Origin: a virus
Direction: 5' to 3' (one strand)
Length of the DNA: 40,883 nt
IMG/VR virus record: IMGVR_UViG_3300031414_000050
Coordinates: 1-40,883 of that record
Position numbers and translations under genes: made by a program. Below, piece by piece: positions 1-6,144 of the stretch (its first letter is position 1; each line of letters starts with the position of its first letter). The notes under the pieces were generated by a model, which saw nothing but the letters and a program-made list of their open reading frames with translations, did no database searches and had not been told where the DNA came from.

Positions 1-127
1 AGCAGCGCGAAGAACTTGCGGTGGAAGGCCGGGTTCCGGTGCCGCTTGATCGCCGCGGTGACGCCCTGCCCCAACTTCAACTTGCTGATGAACTCGACCG
101 CCTGCGGATCAACCGGGATCAGCGCGC
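1..127. repeat. Terminal direct repeat, copy 1 (identical to 40757-40883)
   Basis: Base-by-base comparison of the two ends gives 127/127 identity. Confidence 0.97.
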
Positions 128-161
128 CGCCCGGCGCCTTGGTCAGCACGAGCTCTTTCAT
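1..161 (-). CDS. DUF1367-like phage protein, 5' end of a gene that wraps the circular junction (rest at 40456-40883)
   Basis: A minus-strand ATG at 161-159 has GGAGG at 170-166. It reads MKELVLTKAPGGALIPVDPQAVEFISK and continues in frame into 40883->40456, giving 153 aa in total. The start forms an ATGA overlap with the exo stop. Confidence 0.7.
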   Translation of the reverse strand, partial: MKELVLTKAPGGALIPVDPQAVEFISKLKLGQGVTAAIKRHRNPAFHRKFFAL

Positions 162-802
162 GCCGCCTCCCGGAAGGCCATGAACAGATCGATCTTCGCC
201 TGCACCTGCGCCAGGAACGACAGCACGTCCTTTTCCAGCTGCGCGATGTAGGCTTCGTCGCGCTCGATGCGCTGGCGGTACAGCTTCAGGTGCTCGGCGC
301 CGGTTTGCATGCGCGGGTCGTAGGAACAGAAGTCGATCCAGTCCAGGCCCAGCACCCACATCTGACCCTGCACCTGCGGCGTGTGATGCTCGGGCATGCC
401 GGTTTCCCAGGTCAGCAGGTGGATCGCGCTGTTGTGCGGGCACTTGATCTCGATGCCGCCCTTCTCGCCCACCAGGCCGTCAGACGACGCGCCGATCCAG
501 GCGTGCACCGGGTGCTTCTTGAAGCCGACCTCGCGCACCGTGGCGCCGGTCTCGACCTCATAGGCGGAGCGGGCATACGGCTCGGCCTCGGTGCCCCACT
601 GCATGGCGAAGCTGCTGGGCGTCTGCACAGGCTCGCCGGTGATGCGCTCGACCACCAGGCGCATCAGGTAGTCCTCGCGCGCCTTCAGCGGCTGGCCGTT
701 GCGGCCGGTGGCCAGGATGTCAGCGAAGCAGGACGCGGTGGCGTGGCCGGCGCGATCACGGAGCCAGTCGGTGCCGCCTTGGTTGGACAGTCGCTCAAGC
801 AT
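158..802 (-). CDS. exo: YqaJ/lambda-Exo family recombination exonuclease
   Basis: The ORF is 158-817. I chose the ATG at 802 because GGAGGTG lies 6 nt upstream. It has the SSDGL...GGIEIKCP nuclease motif and YDPRM, and it follows bet as in lambda. Confidence 0.85.
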   Translation of the reverse strand: MLERLSNQGGTDWLRDRAGHATASCFADILATGRNGQPLKAREDYLMRLVVERITGEPVQTPSSFAMQWGTEAEPYARSAYEVETGATVREVGFKKHPVHAWIGASSDGLVGEKGGIEIKCPHNSAIHLLTWETGMPEHHTPQVQGQMWVLGLDWIDFCSYDPRMQTGAEHLKLYRQRIERDEAYIAQLEKDVLSFLAQVQAKIDLFMAFREAA

Positions 803-1553
803 TCGGCACCTCCGCATCGATGACCATTTCGGCGCGCTTCTTCAGGCTCGGCAGGTGCGACGCCAGCGCGCGGCGCTGATCCTTCGTCAGGCGGCTCCAC
901 GATTCCTCAAGCGCGGCCAGCCCGGTGTCGGCAACCGCCTCGAGGTCGGCCAGCAGCCTCTCGTCGGCTTCGGTGAATTCGACGGTCATGGCCTGCTCGG
1001 CGACGGCGGCGGCGCCCTGGCGCGTTGGGCGGGCGTTGATGTCCACCTCGGCGATGCGTTCGGCCTCGTCCTGGTCGTAGATGCCCACGTAGCCAAACGC
1101 CAAGCGCGCGCACTGGATCATGGCCTTGTGGCGCAGCATCCGCTTGGGGTGCGTCTGCCACGGCTTCACGCCGCGCTTGCACTCGCTCAGGTACTCCGTG
1201 ACGCGCGTCGGATGGCTGCGGTCCTTGCGGAAGATGATGCAGGTGCACTTCTCTTCGTCCTGCTCGAAGTCCATGCCGTCGAACATCGCGTTCTCGTTGA
1301 TGATGCGCGACCAGCCGTCGACGCCCACCACCGGCACGATGCCGTTGTTCTGGTCCGGGAAGGCGTAAATCTCCTTCGTCCAGGGGTTCAGGCGGTATTG
1401 GTTCGCCACGATCAGCAGCGCGGACATTTGCGCGTCCGACACCTGGCCCTTGAATGCGGTCGCCTTCAGGACGTTGACCAGGTCCCCGGTCTCCGGAATG
1501 TTGAACAGGCCGGCCAGTTTCGACGCCTGCTGGACTACGAGTGCGGTGGACAT
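795..1553 (-). CDS. bet: Lambda Bet (Red-beta) family single-strand annealing protein
   Basis: Long blocks match lambda Bet as I remember it: LLIVANQY.LNPWTKEIYAFPD, NGIVPVVGVDGWSRIINEN and HPKRMLRHKAMIQCARLAFG. Confidence 0.92.
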   Translation of the reverse strand: MSTALVVQQASKLAGLFNIPETGDLVNVLKATAFKGQVSDAQMSALLIVANQYRLNPWTKEIYAFPDQNNGIVPVVGVDGWSRIINENAMFDGMDFEQDEEKCTCIIFRKDRSHPTRVTEYLSECKRGVKPWQTHPKRMLRHKAMIQCARLAFGYVGIYDQDEAERIAEVDINARPTRQGAAAVAEQAMTVEFTEADERLLADLEAVADTGLAALEESWSRLTKDQRRALASHLPSLKKRAEMVIDAEVPNA

Positions 1554-1706
1554 CTTGTTTCCTTTCTGCCGAGACTGTGCCGGCGTGGTTTGTGAGTGCT
1601 GCGGATTAGAAGCCGTGGCGGTACAGGCTGATAGCGCGGGTCAGCGCATGGCGGCGGCCGAAACCTACGCGGCAGCCGAAGCGGTATTGGTAGACGAGGA
1701 AGCGGA

Positions 1707-1841
1707 TCACGGCAGCACCTGCATGCTCAGGACCATGGCGCCGTCGTCGTAGGCCGCGTCCATCAGGGTGTCGCAATCGCCAGTCTCGATACGGGTGTGC
1801 GGCGTGCCGGCTGCGTCTTTGAAGGTGATGCGGAAGGTCAT
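1707..1841 (-). CDS. Hypothetical small protein (44 aa)
   Basis: An internal ATG of ORF 1707-2102 is preceded by GAGGAGCAGAGC. The sequence upstream of it is AT-richer and looks non-coding. Confidence 0.5.
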   Translation of the reverse strand: MTFRITFKDAAGTPHTRIETGDCDTLMDAAYDDGAMVLSMQVLP

Positions 1842-2068
1842 GCTCTGCTCCTCGTTCTGGCCGGCGCCGCCGGCGGTTGTTGTTGACCACAGCAGAGCGG
1901 CCCGCTTCCCCCCGAAAGACTGAGACGGTTTATGAAATGTCCAGTTGGGCCACTCTGCTGTAGTGCCTGTCTGTTCCAGGCTGCCAGGGCATTTCAGATC
2001 CCACTGCTCCGTTTTCCTGACCTGGAGTAGGCAACCCGCGCGTTGTGCTCCGAGGCGCGGGGCTTCGG

Positions 2069-2323
2069 TCAAACGTGAACCAGGTCGTATTCGCGGTACC
2101 ACTGCGCACGGTCGGCGCGGTCTTCTTCGCGGCTCTCGCGCTTGGCACGATCGGCGGCGGCCATCCGGCGCTCCATGAGCTGCTGCAGCTCAACGTCGCT
2201 CATCTCGGTACAGTCAGTCCAACCAGGACACTCGTCAGCAATCTCAAACGCAGCGAACCAGTCGGCCATGTAGCCGCAGGGGCTGACCATGTAGCGCTGT
2301 TCTTGAAGCTTGAGGTGGTTCAT
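2069..2323 (-). CDS. Hypothetical protein (84 aa, acidic, charged C-terminal helix)
   Basis: The ATG at 2323 is preceded by AAGGAG, and the gene abuts the upstream gene's stop at 2325. Confidence 0.6.
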   Translation of the reverse strand: MNHLKLQEQRYMVSPCGYMADWFAAFEIADECPGWTDCTEMSDVELQQLMERRMAAADRAKRESREEDRADRAQWYREYDLVHV

Positions 2324-2324
2324 G

Positions 2325-2519
2325 TCAGGCTCCTTTCTTGCCGAACGCGTCCCACACCCAGGGAGCAAAGAGCGCTAGCAAGAAGGCATAGAAGATGAGC
2401 ATAAAACCGGTGAAGCCGAGCTTGCCAAGCTGCTGGCCAAACCTATCGACTGCCAACCCTGCGGCCAGAACCACTAACGGGTTCCAGACCACCAGGATGA
2501 ATATGAAAAATCGTGACAT
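2325..2519 (-). CDS. Small hydrophobic membrane protein (64 aa, 2 predicted TM), first gene after PL
   Basis: The ORF is 2325-2531, and the ATG at 2519 has GGAGAG 4 nt upstream. The sequence FFIFILVVWNPLVVLAAGLAV...FMLIFYAFLLALFAPWVW is strongly hydrophobic. Confidence 0.6.
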   Translation of the reverse strand: MSRFFIFILVVWNPLVVLAAGLAVDRFGQQLGKLGFTGFMLIFYAFLLALFAPWVWDAFGKKGA

Positions 2520-2593
2520 CGTGCTCTCCATCTGGCCCTGCTGGGCTCGGTTGCCATTGGGATCTTGCGCGCGGGCTCGGTTGCGATGGAGTT

Positions 2594-2622
2594 ACTTTAT
2601 AGCGATTCGCTAAAGTCTGCAA
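2594..2622 (-). promoter_or_regulatory. Putative leftward early promoter (PL-like): TTGCAG-17 nt-TAAAGT
   Basis: The -35 is at 2622-2617 and the -10 at 2599-2594. The spacer holds the same 16-nt CTTTAGCGAATCGCTA operator-containing string that sits between the -35 and -10 of PR. Confidence 0.55.
2600..2612. promoter_or_regulatory. Operator OL site (TAGCGATTCGCTA)
   Basis: This 13-bp palindrome is the reverse complement of the OR site at 4398-4410. Confidence 0.7.
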
Positions 2623-2632
2623 GCGAAATTTG

Positions 2633-2645
2633 TAGCGATGCGCTA
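2633..2645. promoter_or_regulatory. Operator OL site (TAGCGATGCGCTA)
   Basis: It has the same TAGCG-N3-CGCTA palindrome and lies 33 bp from the other OL site. Confidence 0.6.
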
Positions 2646-2708
2646 AATTCTTTTGAGGGTATAGGTGCGCCCGGGGAGGATGACCCGCATGTCCTTAGCG
2701 AAAGGGCG

Positions 2709-2733
2709 CAAAAAAGCCCCGTCTTGCGGGGCT
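2709..2733 (-). terminator. Intrinsic terminator ending the repressor (immunity) transcript
   Basis: On the minus strand, AGCCCCG-CAAGA-CGGGGCT is followed by TTTTTT. It lies after the stop of 2767-3090 and before OL/PL. Confidence 0.75.
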
Positions 2734-2766
2734 TGTAGTGGCTCGGCTAGGGACGTAGCCGGGATG

Positions 2767-3090
2767 TCAGAACCTGCGCGCGGGTTGCGCAGATTGCATG
2801 GGTTGGGTTGGTTGAATAGGCTGCTGAGTAGGCTGTGCTGGCTGAATCGGCTGGATCGTTGTCGCCCTCTGAGTCTGATAACCGTAATCCGGCTCTTTCG
2901 TCCCCTCTTTGCCAGTGTAGGGATTGATATTGCCTCTGGTGCTGTAATTGTCGAGATTAGTGTGATTCGGTGCGGTCCGTTCATGCGGAGCGACGTAAGT
3001 GCCGTCCTTTTTCGTATAACCGCGAACGTGAACTTGGGCAAAAGCTGATGCAGTTGAAATCAATAAAACGACTGCGAGTATTCGCTTCAT
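2767..3090 (-). CDS. Secreted small protein with Sec signal peptide and a Q/P-rich C-terminal repeat
   Basis: The start reads MKRILAVVLLISTASAFA/QV, with strong RBS AGGGAGG. The motif GYTKKDGTYVAPH...NYSTRGNINPYTGKEGT is followed by QPIQPAQPTQQPIQPTQP. The DNA is AT-richer than its flanks. Confidence 0.75.
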   Translation of the reverse strand: MKRILAVVLLISTASAFAQVHVRGYTKKDGTYVAPHERTAPNHTNLDNYSTRGNINPYTGKEGTKEPDYGYQTQRATTIQPIQPAQPTQQPIQPTQPMQSAQPARRF

Positions 3091-3147
3091 TTTACCTCCC
3101 TAATTCGGCATAATGGCGTGCCGTGGCGCCTCCTGTTGGGACTGTAA

Positions 3148-3594
3148 CTATTTCTCTACTGGTGCGATGCGGTAATCCTGTCCGCGTGGAATTCCAAGAA
3201 ATCCGCGAATGATCCAACCGATGCACCAAACTAAAAGCCAGCCTATGGCCAGTCCTGCAATCGTTCCTCCGGCCGTCTCTCCAATACTAGACGCAACCCG
3301 AGCAGAAATCTCCCGATTAATAATTTCGACTGATGCACTGCTTAGTTCTATTTCACTCGGTCCTTCGCTATAGCCACACATTGTCACAGTGCTCCATTTA
3401 GGAGTATCTTTCACGTGAGCTAAGAATGAATACCCACCGTCACATCCATCGACCGAACGCACTCCCCCGCTTGGCGTATAAGCGTAATACTTATTAAAAT
3501 AAGGATGCGTCGTAAATGAAATTAAAGTCGCAGTTGCAATTACGAGAACGGTAATTACCTTGGCGATTCTTCGCGCACCTTCGAATATGTTCAT
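3148..3594 (-). CDS. Two-pass inner-membrane protein (148 aa) with a Cys-containing periplasmic loop, translationally coupled to the repressor
   Basis: The ATG at 3594 overlaps the repressor stop as ATGA. The TM segments are VITVLVIATATLISF and IAGLAIGWLLVWCIGWII. The DNA is AT-richer. Confidence 0.75.
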   Translation of the reverse strand: MNIFEGARRIAKVITVLVIATATLISFTTHPYFNKYYAYTPSGGVRSVDGCDGGYSFLAHVKDTPKWSTVTMCGYSEGPSEIELSSASVEIINREISARVASSIGETAGGTIAGLAIGWLLVWCIGWIIRGFLGIPRGQDYRIAPVEK

Positions 3595-4337
3595 ATATGC
3601 GTACTTTCTTTGCGAATTACTTTGCCGATGACAATGCACTCGGCGCCCTTGCACATCTGTCTGTGGTATTTCCGCTGGTCTGGATTGTCTGAAGCGAGCC
3701 ACCACTGGCCGGCATCGCGCAGCATCCGCTTTACCACTGCCTCGCCCTCGTAATTGATCACGTAGACAGCGCCCGAAACCATCTTCCTGTCGGCCGTGTT
3801 CACCACGACCGTGTCGCCGTCGTACAGGCTCGGCTCCATGCTATCGCCGCGGACGACGATGGAAATCAGCGAACCCTTGTTCAGGCCTTCGCGCTGAATC
3901 CAGTTCGTCGGGACGCCATGAGTCTCGCCCTCGTAATGTTCGGGCTCAACCTGGAAGCCGGTAATGCCTGCTTGCACCCTCAGCTTCACCTTCATGATCT
4001 GCGTCATGGTCGGGTCATCCTGATCGGACGCATGTATGCGCCTGGCGCCTGGCGGCAAAGGCGGCAAGTCGTCATTTGCGGGCTGCGCAGCTGGCTCCTG
4101 GAACAGGTGCGACCGATCCATCCACCCATCAGGCTCGCCGAGCGCGGCCTCGATCCGGCGCGCCATAGCGTCCCCCATCATCTTCGGCGTACCCGTCTTG
4201 CTGTCGGGCGTGCGGTTTCTGATCTGGCTCAAATACGCTGGAGAGGTATTTGCCGCCTCAGCCAGCTTGGCGGCCGATCCGAAGCGCTTGATCGCGACCT
4301 CAAGATTCTCCCGCCGAATTTCATCGTTTGTTTGCAT
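3591..4337 (-). CDS. cI: CI-type prophage repressor (N-terminal HTH plus C-terminal S24/LexA-like autopeptidase)
   Basis: The HTH reads AKLAEAANTSPAYLSQIRN. The S24 motifs are VVRGDSMEP (Ser) and EAVVKRM (Lys). I chose the start at 4337 because the longer ORF (to 4433) would run across the operators and the cro start. Confidence 0.88.
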   Translation of the reverse strand: MQTNDEIRRENLEVAIKRFGSAAKLAEAANTSPAYLSQIRNRTPDSKTGTPKMMGDAMARRIEAALGEPDGWMDRSHLFQEPAAQPANDDLPPLPPGARRIHASDQDDPTMTQIMKVKLRVQAGITGFQVEPEHYEGETHGVPTNWIQREGLNKGSLISIVVRGDSMEPSLYDGDTVVVNTADRKMVSGAVYVINYEGEAVVKRMLRDAGQWWLASDNPDQRKYHRQMCKGAECIVIGKVIRKESTHI

Positions 4338-4349
4338 CCGAGCATTACA

Positions 4350-4362
4350 TAGCACTTCGCTA
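4350..4362. promoter_or_regulatory. Operator OR site (TAGCACTTCGCTA)
   Basis: It belongs to the TAGC-N5-GCTA family and is the first of three sites with starts exactly 24 bp apart (4350, 4374, 4398). Confidence 0.65.
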
Positions 4363-4373
4363 AACTTTGAAAT

Positions 4374-4386
4374 GTGCGATTCGCTA
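4374..4386. promoter_or_regulatory. Operator OR site (GTGCGATTCGCTA)
   Basis: It matches the palindrome consensus at 12 of 13 positions and lies immediately upstream of, and abutting, the PR -35. Confidence 0.65.
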
Positions 4387-4416
4387 TTGACGGTCTTTAG
4401 CGAATCGCTATACACT
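4387..4416 (+). promoter_or_regulatory. Putative rightward early promoter (PR-like): TTGACG-18 nt-TACACT
   Basis: The -10 ends 6 nt before the cro ATG at 4423, and no Shine-Dalgarno sequence lies between them. Confidence 0.6.
4398..4410. promoter_or_regulatory. Operator OR site (TAGCGAATCGCTA)
   Basis: This perfect 13-bp palindrome lies between the PR -35 and -10. Confidence 0.75.
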
Positions 4417-4422
4417 GAAGCC

Positions 4423-4671
4423 ATGGACATCAAAACTTACCTCTCTCAAGAGCGCGGCCGCCAGGCGGCACTAGCTAAAGCCATCGGCGCCCATGCGCCG
4501 GACGTAAGTCGTTGGGCAGCTGGCAAGCGACCTGTTCCTCTGGAGTATGGCGCGGCTATCGAAGCGGCCACCGGTGGATTGGTCACGCGGAAGGAACTCT
4601 TCCCCAACGAATGGCGGCGCGTTTGGCCAGAGCTTGAGCGCCGTCGAAAACAGGATTCCCAGCCGCAGTAA
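4423..4671 (+). CDS. cro: Cro/YdaS-like HTH early repressor (82 aa)
   Basis: It is divergent from the repressor. The HTH reads RGRQAALAKAIGAHAPDVSRWAAGKRPVP. Confidence 0.8.
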   Translation: MDIKTYLSQERGRQAALAKAIGAHAPDVSRWAAGKRPVPLEYGAAIEAATGGLVTRKELFPNEWRRVWPELERRRKQDSQPQ

Positions 4672-4686
4672 CAACGCGGCTTTTTG
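4661..4686 (+). terminator. Weak intrinsic terminator candidate just after cro (tR1-like)
   Basis: AGCCGC-9 nt-GCGGCT is followed by TTTTT. A second hairpin, GTGCGC-10 nt-GCGCAC, lies at 4686-4707. Confidence 0.4.
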
Positions 4687-4804
4687 TGCGCCCAAGAAGT
4701 TGCGCACAGGCAGAAGCCCTTGAGCAACAGAAGTACCCGAAGTATCGAAACGCCCCTGAAGTCTCGAAGCGCCCGAAACCCTGTAACGCCCCAAGGAGAG
4801 CCCC

Positions 4805-5050
4805 ATGGCACCACGCAACATCGAAGTGAAAACCCTGCTGAACGCCGACGAGTTCGTCGAACTGCAACAGGAATGCGAAGCAGCCGACGAGAAGCACAGT
4901 CCCCTGCTGCGCAAGCTGGCGAAAGCCTGGATCACGGAGCAGAAGAATAAGCGCCGGCAGACCCAGGTGGAACGCCCAGCCTATGGCCAGAACATGGCCA
5001 TGCTGCTGCCGAGCCGCACCACCCGCCCGATTCTGCGCATGCGTCTTTGA
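4805..5050 (+). CDS. Hypothetical early protein (81 aa), possibly ribbon-helix-helix
   Basis: It has RBS AAGGAGAG. The N-terminal strand-helix pattern is RNIEVKTLLNADEFVELQQ. Confidence 0.6.
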   Translation: MAPRNIEVKTLLNADEFVELQQECEAADEKHSPLLRKLAKAWITEQKNKRRQTQVERPAYGQNMAMLLPSRTTRPILRMRL

Positions 5051-5092
5051 GGCCGGTGCATGGGAAGTCCAACCCCTGATGACTAATTGACC

Positions 5093-5275
5093 ATGACACA
5101 AACCGCACAACCCAAGAGAAATGCCAGCCCAGTAGAGCTCCAGGCGCGGATCTGGCGCGCAATCGACAAAGACGCGATCGCGCACCGAGGCGACCCCGTG
5201 AAACAGCAGGCCGAGCGCATGGCGCGCCGGGAACTGCGCCGCGTCATCGACGACGCGAAAGCGGGGCAGCCATGA
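5093..5275 (+). CDS. Hypothetical small basic protein (60 aa)
   Basis: The ORF is 5087-5275 and its first ATG is at 5093. Its end overlaps the next start as ATGA. Confidence 0.5.
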   Translation: MTQTAQPKRNASPVELQARIWRAIDKDAIAHRGDPVKQQAERMARRELRRVIDDAKAGQP

Positions 5276-5766
5276 AGACCAAGAAGCCCCGCAACAAGAA
5301 GTACATCCCCAAGGGGTCGACCAACAACGTTCTCGCCATCTTCGGCGGAATGGGATCGGCCCATCACGCCCATCTGCGCAAGAACCAAGTCAAGACGCAT
5401 GCCGCGATGACGAACCTGGCCCAAGGTCGCGGCACGCTCGACGACTGGAAGCGTATCGCCGGCGTCCTTAACATTGCCAACGTGATGAGCGAGCAAGGCA
5501 TCGGCGCCGAATTCACGGCTGCGCTGGCCGCCGCCCAGGACGCAATGCTGAAAGTCGGCAAGCGCGCAGTCCAGAACGCCGGCCGCTTCGTCTTCACCGG
5601 CCCTGAGCTGCAATCCCTGAACGAAGCCCTCGAAATCCATGATGCCCAGCTCGAGAACTCGCGCGCTGTCGACGTTGACCGTGCTGCCGACGAAGTCATG
5701 CGCCGCGAGCGTCACCGCATCGATCACGTCAGCGTCATGGGCGAAATCCGCAAGGAGGCAGCATGA
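5272..5766 (+). CDS. Hypothetical conserved-looking phage early protein (164 aa)
   Basis: Codon third positions are GC-rich, and both ends are translationally coupled to their neighbours. Confidence 0.7.
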   Translation: MKTKKPRNKKYIPKGSTNNVLAIFGGMGSAHHAHLRKNQVKTHAAMTNLAQGRGTLDDWKRIAGVLNIANVMSEQGIGAEFTAALAAAQDAMLKVGKRAVQNAGRFVFTGPELQSLNEALEIHDAQLENSRAVDVDRAADEVMRRERHRIDHVSVMGEIRKEAA

Positions 5767-5891
5767 CCTTTTTTTCCATCACCCGCGCACCGGGCATGCC
5801 CTCTCCCATCGTTGATTCTGCGCCAGCCGCTGTGGTTGACGTTGAGCCGGCGTACGGGATCGAATTGACCGACAGCAGGAGCTCAGCATGA
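5763..5891 (+). CDS. Hypothetical micro-protein (42 aa)
   Basis: I translated it by hand as MTFFSITRAPGMPSPIVDSAPAAVVDVEPAYGIELTDSRSSA. Both ends form ATGA overlaps. It is below the length cut-off of the ORF track. Confidence 0.4.
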   Translation: MTFFSITRAPGMPSPIVDSAPAAVVDVEPAYGIELTDSRSSA

Positions 5892-6142
5892 CCGGCCTCG
5901 TAAGCGTCAAGGAATGGCTCGGCCACCGTGGTGCACCTCTCATTCCTGAGTCGATGCAGTTCACGACTCGCCCAGCTACCAGCTGCCGCGGCTGCCTGTT
6001 CGATGGCCAGACGTCGGCGATCTGCACGCGGGCCTGTATCGCCGCTGCGCGCGCTGAACTCGAGCACTGCGAAAAGGGCTTCATCTACGTCGCCAAGGAT
6101 CTCGATCCGCGCCAGGCGAACCTACTGGACAGGGAGCACTGA
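5888..6142 (+). CDS. Hypothetical Cys-rich protein (84 aa)
   Basis: It contains CRGCLFDGQTSAICTRAC...HC and is coupled to the upstream ORF. Confidence 0.6.
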   Translation: MTGLVSVKEWLGHRGAPLIPESMQFTTRPATSCRGCLFDGQTSAICTRACIAAARAELEHCEKGFIYVAKDLDPRQANLLDREH

Positions 6143-6144
6143 CG

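Noticed and set aside
699-1595. 298-aa plus-strand ORF opposite bet
   Set aside because: The minus frame is an unmistakable lambda Bet homologue, and the plus frame is low-complexity.
1606-1709. 36-codon GTG-initiated ORF (VIRFLVYQYRFGCRVGFGRRH...) overlapping the stop of 1707-1841
   Set aside because: The only support is a GTGA overlap. The RBS is weak, the peptide is Arg-rich and odd, and the call cannot be separated from chance.
2325-2531. An N-type antiterminator as the first gene after PL (or after PR)
   Set aside because: The first PL gene encodes a hydrophobic 64-aa membrane protein, and the first PR genes are Cro-like and an RHH-like protein. None has an Arg-rich RNA-binding N-terminus, and no boxA/boxB-like pair was evident.
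4338-4433. Longer repressor start (MMSMASVYS... at 4433)
   Set aside because: It would place the three operators, PR and the cro start codon inside the cI coding region. The HTH domain begins after the ATG at 4337.
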